Positions 24,766-33,661 of a stretch of 64,000 bases of DNA are shown here, piece after piece (positions within the stretch are counted from its first letter, which is position 1; each line of letters begins with the position of its first letter). The translations under genes were made by a program, and so were the position numbers. The stretch is taken from positions 25,673 through 89,672 of the forward strand of contig DATMTN010000012.1 in assembly GCA_035564115.1 (NCBI GenBank), read 5' to 3'. Source of the stretch: Candidatus Microsaccharimonas sp. Lineage in GTDB: Bacteria > Patescibacteriota > Saccharimonadia > Saccharimonadales > UBA4665. Under the pieces are notes generated by a model. The model was not told the DNA's origin. It made no database searches and worked only from the letters and a program-made list of their open reading frames with translations.

Positions 24766-27281
24766 AAATTAGTCTAAATTGGATGCGTGAATTTGGGGGC
24801 CAAGGACTGGATGTTCCGACTGATGAGTTGGTACGGCGTATTGGTGCCCAGCTGGGTGCGGTTGAGGAAGTCGAGAACTTGGGCGCAAAATACCAGGGAA
24901 TCGTCATTGCAAAAATCGTCAGTTGTGTCGACCACCCCAATGCCGACCGCCTGCACATTTGCACTATTGACGACGGCGGTATTACACCCGACGTCAAGCG
25001 GGATGCCAACGGCCATGTCCAAGTGGTTTGTGGTGCACCGAATGCCCGCGAAGGCATTACGGTTGCGTGGCTGCCACCAGGGGCAACGGTACCTGACAGC
25101 GTGGGTACGGGCGATCCGTTCGTGCTGGAAGCCCGCGAACTCCGCGGCGTCGTTAGCAATGGTATGCTGGCCTCGCCAAAGGAATTGGCACTCGGTGAGA
25201 ATCATGACGGCATTCTAGAAATTGACCCCACCCAGTGGACACCAAGCCAAATGGAGATCAAACCTGGCGCCGACTTCGCCAAGGTCTTTGGTCTGGATGA
25301 CATGATTATTGATATTGAAAACAAGATGTTCACCCACCGGCCGGACTGCTTTGGTCAGCTGGGCGTGGCGCGCGAAATTGCTGGTATTAGTGGCCAGCAG
25401 TTCATATCACCACGTTGGTATAGCGACAAGCCACAGTTCCCGAATGGCGATGGTCTGGCGCTAGAAGTTGTGAATGAATCACCAGAGCTCGTACCACGCC
25501 TAATGACCCTGACGATGAAGAATGTAAAGATTGCGCCCAGCCCGCTCTGGCTACAATGTGCACTCATCCGCGTTGGTGCCAAGCCGATCAACAACGTGGT
25601 GGATGTCACGAACTATATCATGCTACTGACAGCGCAGCCGACTCATGCCTATGACTACGACAAATTGCGCGGTCACAAGCTGGTGGCGCGCATGGCCAAG
25701 CCAGGCGAAAAGGCGCTGTTATTGAATCACAAGACGTACGAATTTGATCCAGCGGACATCGTCATCGCTGACGGCGAAGGGCCAATCGGCTTGGCCGGTA
25801 TCATGGGTGGTGGCGACAGTGAAGTGTCCGATGAGACCACGAATATTGTGCTGGAGTGTGCCAACTTTGATATGTACAACGTCCGTCGCAGCAGCATGCG
25901 CCACGGCATCTTTACCGATGCGCTGACTCGCTTCAACAAGGGCCAATCACCCCTACAGAACGACCACGTACTGCATTTGCTAATGCAGTCAGTTCAAGAC
26001 GTAGCAGGGGGGGAAGCCGCTGGCCAAGTTACTGATATCAACAGTGCCGATGGTCGTGAATGGGTCCATCCACCGGTGCCAGTGACGGTTGAATTCGTAA
26101 ATGCTCGTCTGGGCTTTGACCTATCAGCCGATGACATGAAACAACTGCTCGAAAACGTGGAGTTCCGAGTGGACGCCGACGGCGACAAGCTAACAGTGAT
26201 GGCACCATTCTGGCGGACTGATGTTGAAACCCGTGAAGATGTGGTGGAAGAAATCGGTCGCTTGTATGGCTTCGACAAGTTACCACTCGTACTCCCCGAG
26301 CGCGACATCGTCCCGGCTCACCGCAATGACACACTGCAAACCAAGGCGGCTATTCGCGCCAAGCTCAAGACGATGGGCGCCAACGAAGTACTGACGTATT
26401 CGTTTGTGCACGGTAACTTGCTCGACAAAATGGGGCAGAACAAAGCCCAGGCATTCAGCCTAAGTAATGCCCTCAGCCCAGACTTGCAGTACTATCGCCT
26501 GAGTCTTACACCAAGCTTGCTCGACAAAGTGCATATGAATGCCAAGGCTGGCTACGACGCCTTTGCGTTGTTTGAAATCGGTACAGTGCATGGCCAGGGT
26601 GAGGTTGATGAAGACGGTCTACCGAAGGGCATGGGCCGAGTGAGCTTGGTGTATGCAAACACCGGCAAGCAACAGTCGACAGCCTACTATCAGGCGAGAA
26701 CTTTTGCTAGCGAACTGCTCGCCGAACACTTAGATATAGGGCAGATCCGTTTTGTGCCGATTGCTGAAGCCGGCTTTGCGGATCATAAGTTATTCCAACA
26801 GATGATCGCGCCTTATGATGATGGCCGCGCGGCGGTACTGCTGATTGGTGAGCGTCCACTTGGTGTCGTTGGTGAGTTCAAGCCGAGTGTCGCCAAGGCC
26901 ATAAAACTACCCAAACAGTGCGCTGGATTTGAACTGTTCTTGTCGGCGTTCAAGGCGGAACGGAGCAATACGTATCAGCCGCTTTCTCGTTTCCCGAGTG
27001 TTACGCAGGACATTACTCTCAAAATCACGACTGCTACGAAGTTCGAAGACGTAGCTAACGCCTTGCAACAGTCCCTGAGTGGTGCACAAAGCGAGGCGCT
27101 GACACTGGCGCTTAAGCCACTGGGTATCTATCAATCACCGGATGATGGCGAACATAAGAATATCAGCTTCCGACTAGTGGCAACCAGCTACCAGAAGACG
27201 CTGAAAGATGCCGAGGTGAACGACGTACTCGAGGCTGCTGCACATTCAGCCCAGCGGGCCGTTGGGGCGGAAAGAATCTAG
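24762..27281 (+). CDS. pheT: Phenylalanine--tRNA ligase beta subunit
   Basis: 839 aa. The N-terminal tRNA-binding domain begins MKISLNWMREF, and B3/4, B5 and FDX-ACB-like regions follow in order. Confidence 0.95.
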   Translation: MKISLNWMREFGGQGLDVPTDELVRRIGAQLGAVEEVENLGAKYQGIVIAKIVSCVDHPNADRLHICTIDDGGITPDVKRDANGHVQVVCGAPNAREGITVAWLPPGATVPDSVGTGDPFVLEARELRGVVSNGMLASPKELALGENHDGILEIDPTQWTPSQMEIKPGADFAKVFGLDDMIIDIENKMFTHRPDCFGQLGVAREIAGISGQQFISPRWYSDKPQFPNGDGLALEVVNESPELVPRLMTLTMKNVKIAPSPLWLQCALIRVGAKPINNVVDVTNYIMLLTAQPTHAYDYDKLRGHKLVARMAKPGEKALLLNHKTYEFDPADIVIADGEGPIGLAGIMGGGDSEVSDETTNIVLECANFDMYNVRRSSMRHGIFTDALTRFNKGQSPLQNDHVLHLLMQSVQDVAGGEAAGQVTDINSADGREWVHPPVPVTVEFVNARLGFDLSADDMKQLLENVEFRVDADGDKLTVMAPFWRTDVETREDVVEEIGRLYGFDKLPLVLPERDIVPAHRNDTLQTKAAIRAKLKTMGANEVLTYSFVHGNLLDKMGQNKAQAFSLSNALSPDLQYYRLSLTPSLLDKVHMNAKAGYDAFALFEIGTVHGQGEVDEDGLPKGMGRVSLVYANTGKQQSTAYYQARTFASELLAEHLDIGQIRFVPIAEAGFADHKLFQQMIAPYDDGRAAVLLIGERPLGVVGEFKPSVAKAIKLPKQCAGFELFLSAFKAERSNTYQPLSRFPSVTQDITLKITTATKFEDVANALQQSLSGAQSEALTLALKPLGIYQSPDDGEHKNISFRLVATSYQKTLKDAEVNDVLEAAAHSAQRAVGAERI

Positions 27282-27284
27282 CTC

Positions 27285-28028
27285 ATGCAAACCACGCTTC
27301 AGGTGGGTGAGCGGGCGGTCCAGATTGAATACGTCTTAGCACCTCAAATGGTGGTGTTTAGCCATGGGTTTGGTGTCCGGCATGATGCCCGAGGTCTCTT
27401 CACCGATATCGTAGCGGCCCTGCCGAAGGGCTGGGGGTATGCGCTGTTCGATTATGACTCGTACGACGAGGCGACCAAACAACAACATGTTGTTGGCTTT
27501 GCCACTCGACTAAAAGAGCTCAAAGCCGTGGTGGATTGGGCCCTCGTCCAAAAAGGTGTTGAAAAGTTACATTTGGTAGGACATTCGATGGGTAGTCTAA
27601 CTATAGCGAGCCTGGCTCCAGAAATTCGGGGCGAGATTGTCCTGATGGTTCCACCATTGACGCTTGGTTCTCGGTTCGTGGAGCTGTACAACAAGCGCCC
27701 GGGTGTAGAGCACGAAGGGCACACCTGGAGCATCCCACGCAGCGACGGCACAACTACGATCGTAGATGATGTAGCATTTGCCGAGCTTATGAGTATCGAC
27801 GCCGAGGGCGAGCTTGCTAAATTGGCCATGTTCCGGTCGTACACTATCGTGCTTGCAGGCACAGACGAGGTCTTGCCGGACGAAGATTATACCGATCTGA
27901 TTGTAATGCCGAGTGTGAGCATGCAGGGTATCGATCAGGCTGACCATGATTTTAGCGGCCGAGCTCGAAAAGAGAGTGTCAGCATTGTGGTACGACTATT
28001 GCAGGGTGACAAGATAGATGCCGAATGA
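27285..28028 (+). CDS. Alpha/beta-fold hydrolase
   Basis: Nucleophile elbow HLVGHSMGS. A late Asp and His (DQADHDF) are also present. Confidence 0.65.
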   Translation: MQTTLQVGERAVQIEYVLAPQMVVFSHGFGVRHDARGLFTDIVAALPKGWGYALFDYDSYDEATKQQHVVGFATRLKELKAVVDWALVQKGVEKLHLVGHSMGSLTIASLAPEIRGEIVLMVPPLTLGSRFVELYNKRPGVEHEGHTWSIPRSDGTTTIVDDVAFAELMSIDAEGELAKLAMFRSYTIVLAGTDEVLPDEDYTDLIVMPSVSMQGIDQADHDFSGRARKESVSIVVRLLQGDKIDAE

Positions 28029-28094
28029 GCGTCACTAGTTTGTAGAAGAAATATATCGACGCTGTCGATAGCATAGGCTATACTGGTTGCTAAG

Positions 28095-28646
28095 ATGACA
28101 AAAGTGAAGGATCGAATTTTTGCAGGTTTTGGTGCGTTATTGTTTTTAGTGACCGCTTCAGCTCTGACTATTGCGGTGATTGTAAACGCTGTCGGTAATC
28201 ACGACTCAAGCCAGTCGGAGGCACAGGCCGCCAGTAAGGCCGCGAGCTGCTCGTCTACGGCGCCAATTGCGGCAGCAACCTTGCCAGCACCAGATGTCTA
28301 TAAACCCGATGGTGAAGTTAAGACACTGGACAAGACCGACCTCGAGGTTGGTACCGGTGCTACCCTCAAGAGTGGTGACTGTGTGCAGGTAAAATACTAT
28401 GGCACGCTGGCGAGTGACGGGACGAAGTTTGACGAGAACTTCACGCAGCCAACCGCGTTCCAGTTCCAGCTGGGCAAGGGCAATGTTATTCAGGGCTGGG
28501 ACCAAGGCCTCGTGGGCGCCAAAGTTGGGGGCACGCGTCGACTCGTTATCCCGGCAAACCTTGCCTACGGCAATCAAGCTGCTGGTAGTATTCCGGCCGA
28601 CTCTGCCCTTGTCTTTGTCGTAGAGATTTTGAAGGTGGCGAACTAA
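28095..28646 (+). CDS. FKBP-type peptidyl-prolyl isomerase, membrane-anchored/exported
   Basis: An N-terminal TM helix precedes the FKBP core GDCVQVKYYGTLASDGTKFD...VIQGWDQGLVGAKVGGTRRLVIPANLAYG. Confidence 0.85.
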   Translation: MTKVKDRIFAGFGALLFLVTASALTIAVIVNAVGNHDSSQSEAQAASKAASCSSTAPIAAATLPAPDVYKPDGEVKTLDKTDLEVGTGATLKSGDCVQVKYYGTLASDGTKFDENFTQPTAFQFQLGKGNVIQGWDQGLVGAKVGGTRRLVIPANLAYGNQAAGSIPADSALVFVVEILKVAN

Positions 28647-29005
28647 TGTTGGACGATTTTGCTCCTGTTGACCAGGTTTCTGAGCTGCAGATTATCGACC
28701 GCGTTGAAGGCACGGGTGACACCGTAGCGGCTGGTGCGACAGTCACGGTTGACTACACGGGTGCGGTTGCGGCGACCGGCCATGTATTTCAAAGCAGTAA
28801 AGACTTCGGTAAGCCCATTACTTTTGGTCTGAATCAGGTTATCAAAGGCTGGACTGACGGCATTCCGGGCATGAAAGTTGGTGGCACGCGTCGACTCGTT
28901 ATCCCGGCCGAACAAGCGTATGGCTCACGACCACCCTATGGCTCTGGCATCCCTGCCGATGCTCCACTCGTCTTTGATGTGACTCTTCACGCTATCGAAG
29001 CATAG
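28646..29005 (+). CDS. FKBP-type peptidyl-prolyl isomerase (soluble paralog)
   Basis: FKBP core VTVDYTGAVAATGHVFQSS...VIKGWTDGIPGMKVGGTRRLVIPAEQAYG. Confidence 0.85.
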   Translation: MLDDFAPVDQVSELQIIDRVEGTGDTVAAGATVTVDYTGAVAATGHVFQSSKDFGKPITFGLNQVIKGWTDGIPGMKVGGTRRLVIPAEQAYGSRPPYGSGIPADAPLVFDVTLHAIEA

Positions 29006-29055
29006 CCCGGAAACGACTCGTTTTGTCTGTCAAACGTATTAAAAAACACAATATG

Positions 29056-29093
29056 TAGCGTATTGACGACCAACTAATACGCTAGAGTATACT
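29056..29093 (+). promoter_or_regulatory. Candidate promoter with an overlapping inverted repeat, upstream of the glutaredoxin-like gene
   Basis: TTGACG (29063-68), a 19-nt spacer, then TATACT (29088-93). The 9-bp inverted repeat TAGCGTATT-N11-AATACGCTA (29056-84) spans the -35 and the spacer. Confidence 0.35.
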
Positions 29094-29156
29094 CATAGTT
29101 ACAAGCAAAGATATACAAAAGTAACAGGTCAAAACGATCTACAGAGGGAAACAATT

Positions 29157-29405
29157 ATGGTCAAAAACATCACTATCTTCACCACCAACACCTGCGCTTA
29201 CTGCGCTATGGTGAAGCGTTTTCTGGATGCTAAGGACCACAAGTACGAAGTTGTGAACCTCGATGAACAGCCAGAGCGTCAGGCTGAGGCACTTGCGCTG
29301 AGCGGTGCGTTGACCGTACCTGTTACGGTTGTTACCAAGCAAGATGACAGCCGCGAAGTCATCGTCGGCTACAACCTAAGCAAGCTGGCACCAGCTGTCG
29401 CCTAG
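29157..29405 (+). CDS. Glutaredoxin-like protein (NrdH/YruB-type thioredoxin fold)
   Basis: 82 aa with a CAYC redox motif near the N-terminus and a TVPVTVV motif. A GAGGGA Shine-Dalgarno lies upstream. Confidence 0.75.
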   Translation: MVKNITIFTTNTCAYCAMVKRFLDAKDHKYEVVNLDEQPERQAEALALSGALTVPVTVVTKQDDSREVIVGYNLSKLAPAVA

Positions 29406-29430
29406 ACCTGGTACAATTGATATAGAACGG

Positions 29431-29461
29431 AAAAATGCTCCTTCGACCAGGGAGCATTTTT
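29431..29461 (+). terminator. Hairpin with T-run between the grx-like gene and trxB (terminator or attenuator)
   Basis: AAAAATGCTCC-ttcgaccag-GGAGCATTTTT forms an 11-bp stem. It is preceded by TGGTACAAT (29409-17). Confidence 0.55.
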
Positions 29462-29482
29462 AAACTAAAGAGGGAGAGAGAC

Positions 29483-30439
29483 ATGGCCGATGCAATCGAG
29501 ACACCAAAGCATGATGTGATAATCGTGGGCGCTGGCCCAGCGGCTCTGACAGCCGCCATTTATACGACACGTGAGGATATCGATACGTTGCTGTTTGAGC
29601 GTGGCGTGCCCGGCGGCCTGGCGGCTATCACGGACTGGGTTGATAACTACCCCGGTTTTGCCGATGGTATCGCTGGTCTTGACCTCGCTACCGCCTTGCA
29701 GAAGCAAGCTGAACGTTTTGGCGCTGTGATTGAGCTCGGTGAAGTGCTGGGTATCAAAGACGAGGGCGAATGGAAACGGCTCGACACTACAAGTGGTGAT
29801 ATGCTGGCTCGGGTAGTCTTGATTGCGACTGGGAGTGACTACAAGCGTGTCGGCGTGCCCGGCGAGCAGGAATACTACGCCCACGGCGTGCACTACTGCG
29901 CCACCTGTGATGGTGCTTTCTATCGTGATCGCAAGCTCGTGGTGATCGGTGGTGGTAACTCCGCCGTCCAGGAGGCGATCTTCCTGACTCGTTTCGCTAG
30001 CCATATCGATCTATTGGTGCGCTCAACCATCAAAGCCAGTGATGTATTGCAGGATGACCTGCAAAAGTTTGTTGATGAAGGCAAAATTACCGTGCACCTC
30101 GGTACAGGCACAGATGAAATCGTCGGTGAAGACGGCAATGTCGTCAAGGTAGTGGGCACGCAGAACGGCAAAAAGGTTGAATTCCCAACTGACGGTGTCT
30201 TTGTGTTCGTGGGCTTGAGCCCCAACAACCAAGTCGTAAAGGACCAGGTAGAACTAGACGAAGTCGGACTGATCAAAGCCGATGAAAATCTCATGACAAA
30301 CATTCCCGGCATCTTTGTGGCGGGTGATATTCGCTCTCACGCCACCATGCAGATTGCTTCCGCAGCCGGTGAAGGTGCCACAGCCGCCCTCAAGATTCGC
30401 GAATACCTCGAAGGTCGCGAACACCCCGTTCAGAACTAG
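29483..30439 (+). CDS. trxB: Thioredoxin-disulfide reductase
   Basis: Trimmed to MADAIETPKHDVIIVGAGPAALTAA. The redox centre CATCDG and the NAD(P)H motif VIGGGNSAVQEA are present. Confidence 0.9.
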   Translation: MADAIETPKHDVIIVGAGPAALTAAIYTTREDIDTLLFERGVPGGLAAITDWVDNYPGFADGIAGLDLATALQKQAERFGAVIELGEVLGIKDEGEWKRLDTTSGDMLARVVLIATGSDYKRVGVPGEQEYYAHGVHYCATCDGAFYRDRKLVVIGGGNSAVQEAIFLTRFASHIDLLVRSTIKASDVLQDDLQKFVDEGKITVHLGTGTDEIVGEDGNVVKVVGTQNGKKVEFPTDGVFVFVGLSPNNQVVKDQVELDEVGLIKADENLMTNIPGIFVAGDIRSHATMQIASAAGEGATAALKIREYLEGREHPVQN

Positions 30440-31107
30440 AGTTCCGCGTAACCATCGTAGTAATCAAACACAATTTGATTGCGGGGGACACCGAGCTGTT
30501 CGAATTGGGCTCGTAGGCCCTCCACGAAACGCTGACTACCAGAAAGGTAATAGAACGAATCCGGTGGGGATGTATCTAATACCTGCTGGGCAGTGAGCCG
30601 ATTGGGCGCGATGGTGAGCGCTGACCAGGCAAGTGGGTAAGAGTTAAAAAGTTCTCTATAGAGCTGCTCACGCTTGTCACGGAGGGCGTAGTAAAAGAAT
30701 ATTTGGCGTTCCTCACGCTTGGCGAGCAGCTCCTGTAGCATGCTGACATAACTGGCAATACCGATGCCACCGGCAATGAACACCAGCGGCAAGTTGGGAT
30801 CTTTGGGCAGAATCAGGTCGCCCATAGCATCCTGACAGCTGGCTGGGTCGCCGGGTTGAAGCCGAGTGAGTGCTTCTTTGTGTGGGCTGTGTGGCTCAGG
30901 CAGCTTCAGGATAAAGGTGATGAGCTCATCACCAGGCTGCGAGGTGAGCGTATAAACACGGGCTGACCCTCGCGAGTCGCCAACGACGCCCGGGACATTG
31001 ATGGACACATACTGGCCCGCAACGAAGTCGAGCGGACGCTCGGATTGAAAGGTGTATTCCCAGATAGTCGGGGCTAGCTCTCGCCGTTCTACGAAACTCA
31101 ATTTCAT
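30436..31107 (-). CDS. FNR-like FAD/NAD(P)-binding oxidoreductase
   Basis: The RxYS-type motif ARVYTLTS and GGIGIASYVSM are present. The start MKLSFVERR lies 7 nt after a minus-strand TATACT. Confidence 0.65.
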   Translation of the reverse strand: MKLSFVERRELAPTIWEYTFQSERPLDFVAGQYVSINVPGVVGDSRGSARVYTLTSQPGDELITFILKLPEPHSPHKEALTRLQPGDPASCQDAMGDLILPKDPNLPLVFIAGGIGIASYVSMLQELLAKREERQIFFYYALRDKREQLYRELFNSYPLAWSALTIAPNRLTAQQVLDTSPPDSFYYLSGSQRFVEGLRAQFEQLGVPRNQIVFDYYDGYAEL

Positions 31108-31185
31108 ACGTCTAAGTATACCGAAACAGCACTCAAACACGGGCATTGTAATTTTGGGAGGACGGACCTCCCAGGCAGTATGTGG

Positions 31186-31887
31186 CTAGTTTGGGAAGCG
31201 GTCAGGGTAGTCGGTTATGATGCCGTGCAGGCCGTATTTAGCCCACTTGGCGGGTCGGGTTGGGTTTGTGGGCAAGAAAGGGACGTGCTGGTCGGGATAA
31301 GTGAAGAGCTTATAACGCTTCGCCAGATTTCGGACGACACCCCACCAGAGGTATGACTGATCCATGCTCAAATAGTTGGTGCCCAGTCGACGTGCCCGAC
31401 TGACAGCTCGGACGCTGGACCAGACTTCGAGTACGACAATATCAATTGCTGGCAGAGCAGCCCGCAGCTCCCGGAGAACCTTAAAATCAAACGAAGCAAA
31501 TATGAAGTCCGATGGCTGCCAGCCCTTGTCCAGGAATGACTGAACGATGGCGATAACCGGCTTAGTGTCTACGCGCTTCTTAACTTCTATCATTAGTCGG
31601 ACCCGTCGATCCACAAAATCAATAGCTTCCTCGAGGGTGACCATAGTCCCATGATGTTCACGGAGCTGCGGCAACGTCATATCAAGCACGGTCAGTAGCT
31701 TCTTGTCCTCAGTCGTGAGCTGTTTGTCGTGAACGATCACGGCATGACCATCTTTTGATATCCGGACATCGGTCTCGATTTGATCGACGCCATTCTGAAT
31801 GGCGACCTCGAAACCTTCGAGCGTGTTTTCTGGCGCCAGGCCTTTGGCGCCGCGGTGACCGACAATGAGTGGTTTGGCTGCATGCAT
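31186..31887 (-). CDS. Glycerophosphodiester phosphodiesterase
   Basis: Motifs IVGHRGAKGLAPENT and QIETDVRISKDGHAVIVHD are present. The start is set at MHAAKP (31887), because the ppa promoter and SD occupy the upstream 60 nt of the track ORF. Confidence 0.8.
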   Translation of the reverse strand: MHAAKPLIVGHRGAKGLAPENTLEGFEVAIQNGVDQIETDVRISKDGHAVIVHDKQLTTEDKKLLTVLDMTLPQLREHHGTMVTLEEAIDFVDRRVRLMIEVKKRVDTKPVIAIVQSFLDKGWQPSDFIFASFDFKVLRELRAALPAIDIVVLEVWSSVRAVSRARRLGTNYLSMDQSYLWWGVVRNLAKRYKLFTYPDQHVPFLPTNPTRPAKWAKYGLHGIITDYPDRFPN

Positions 31888-31945
31888 TTCCGACGTAGTG
31901 TACAATGGTTTCCAGATTGAAACAATGTGAGTAAGAGGAGAAAAC

Positions 31946-32473
31946 ATGCCTGATTTTAATCAAGTTCTAACCCCGGGTGACTATCACAACGGCACTGTGA
32001 ATACCGTCGTCGAAATTCCGGAAGGCTCCCGCCTGAAGGTAGAATGGGACCGTGAGCACGCTGCGTTCAAGTTGGACCGTGTTGAGCCGGCTATCTTTGC
32101 CAAGCCCTGCAACTACGGCTTCATTCCACAGACGCTCGATGAGGATGGTGACGAGCTTGATACGCTAATCATCTGCCCCGAGCCCCTAGCAACTGGCGTG
32201 TGGCTCGAAGCGACCATCATCGGTGTCATGAAATTTGTTGATGACGGTGAGGTTGATGACAAGATCGTGGTCGTACCAAGCGACAATCGTGATGATGGTA
32301 ACGCTGTCAAATCACTCGATGATATTGCGCAGCTTGTAAAGCAGCTGGAGCACCACTTTACGCACTACAAAGACCTCAAGAAGCCTGGTAGCACCCAGGT
32401 CACTGGTTGGGGCGACGCCGAAGAGGCCAAAAAGGTTATCGCTGAATCAATCGAACGCTACAACAAGCAATAA
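31946..32473 (+). CDS. ppa: Inorganic pyrophosphatase (family I)
   Basis: Family I PPase pattern VVEIPEGSRLKVEWD...YGFIPQTLDEDGDELD...DDKIVVVP. An AAGAGGAG Shine-Dalgarno lies upstream. Confidence 0.9.
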   Translation: MPDFNQVLTPGDYHNGTVNTVVEIPEGSRLKVEWDREHAAFKLDRVEPAIFAKPCNYGFIPQTLDEDGDELDTLIICPEPLATGVWLEATIIGVMKFVDDGEVDDKIVVVPSDNRDDGNAVKSLDDIAQLVKQLEHHFTHYKDLKKPGSTQVTGWGDAEEAKKVIAESIERYNKQ

Positions 32474-33064
32474 ATGAGAAAGATTGTCCCTACCGATAGT
32501 GTCCTCATACCGGACACCGCTCAGAAAGTCTTCGCTGGCATAGTCCACGATGCGTACCACTGGCAGCAGGAAATGTTTGACGGCTCGCAGGCTACTTTCG
32601 AAATGTTGCGCCGCGCTGATACGACGGCCGTGATTTGTGTGGTTGATGGCAAGATTCTGGTACTCGATGATGAGCAGCCACACCGCAGTGTGCGTAAAAG
32701 CTTTCCGGGTGGTCGAGTCGAGGCAACTGACAGTAGTATTCTGGATTCCGCCAAGCGCGAAGTGCTCGAAGAAGCTGGCTACACATTTACAAACTGGCGA
32801 TTGGTAGATGTGGAACAACCCCAGGCCAAGCTTGAATGGTTTGTGCATACCTACATTGCTTGGGATGGCCAACAAATTGGTGAACCACAGAATGATGGCG
32901 GTGAGCGTATTACCGTGCACGCTCATGAATTTGACGAGGTAAAGCAGATGGTGCTCGATGGTGTCGAGTACATCAACGAAAGCCATCTCCTCTTTAAACA
33001 GTCAGAGACTCTGGATGAGCTCTTGGCTCTGCCGGAATTTAAAGGCATCGAAATTGAACGCTAA
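32474..33064 (+). CDS. Nudix hydrolase
   Basis: Nudix-box core REVLEEAGY, preceded by FPGGRVE. Confidence 0.7.
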   Translation: MRKIVPTDSVLIPDTAQKVFAGIVHDAYHWQQEMFDGSQATFEMLRRADTTAVICVVDGKILVLDDEQPHRSVRKSFPGGRVEATDSSILDSAKREVLEEAGYTFTNWRLVDVEQPQAKLEWFVHTYIAWDGQQIGEPQNDGGERITVHAHEFDEVKQMVLDGVEYINESHLLFKQSETLDELLALPEFKGIEIER

Positions 33065-33614
33065 CGACCTCCAAGAGGTGCTAAAAGCGTATCTCCAGTC
33101 TTTCCCGACCGAGTCGTTTGAAGTGTTGGGTGGGCAACTTATGCGTGGTGATGTCATGAACAATCGCCAGACACTGCCTGGGCACGTTACGGGATCGGCA
33201 TTCGTGCTGTCGCCAGATAGAACGAAGCTGCTGCTAGTGAAGCACAAAGTGCTCCAGATGTGGTTTCAGCCCGGTGGCCACTGGGACCCGGGTGAGGCTG
33301 ACCCGCTCGCCGCAGCCCAGCGTGAGGCCGAAGAAGAAACTGCCGTGACCGTCAAGACCTATCTAGCGCTAGACCCGAGTAGCCCACTCGTACCAATGGA
33401 CATTGACTCGCATGTCATCCCGGCGAATCCTCAAAAAGACGAACCGGAGCACTGGCATCACGACTTCCGCTACGTGTTTGTGGCTGCAAATGAAGACTTT
33501 GTGCGCCAAGAAACAGAGGTGGATGACATCGGCTGGTTTGCGCTCGACACGCCGCAGTGCCAAGCACTGGGTATTCTAGCGAAGCTCCAGGCGCGTGACC
33601 TCGTAAAATATTGA
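33054..33614 (+). CDS. Nudix hydrolase (start uncertain: TTG at 33054 or ATG at 33141)
   Basis: The Nudix box is GGHWDPGEADPLAAAQREAEEETAV. Confidence 0.65.
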   Translation: MNANDLQEVLKAYLQSFPTESFEVLGGQLMRGDVMNNRQTLPGHVTGSAFVLSPDRTKLLLVKHKVLQMWFQPGGHWDPGEADPLAAAQREAEEETAVTVKTYLALDPSSPLVPMDIDSHVIPANPQKDEPEHWHHDFRYVFVAANEDFVRQETEVDDIGWFALDTPQCQALGILAKLQARDLVKY

Positions 33615-33661
33615 CATAAGTGGTATAATGTAGCTTGAGTTGTAAGAAATCTCACACTACT

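Noticed and set aside
28530-28908. A 26-nt identical stretch (GGCACGCGTCGACTCGTTATCCCGGC) in both FKBP genes (28530-55 and 28883-908).
   Set aside because: It encodes the same conserved GTRRLVIPA block in tandem paralogs. Paralogy or local gene conversion is sufficient explanation, so it is not an independent element.
31945-31948. Divergent GDPD and ppa genes sharing a CATG start-codon overlap.
   Set aside because: That arrangement would leave no promoter for either gene. The ppa promoter and SD lie inside the putative GDPD extension, so the shorter GDPD start (31887) is preferred.
33611-33629. A TTGACA hexamer near the third Nudix gene, considered as a -35 box.
   Set aside because: It lies only 7 nt upstream of the TATAAT, so it cannot serve as the -35 for that -10. 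The promoter call rests on the extended -10 alone.
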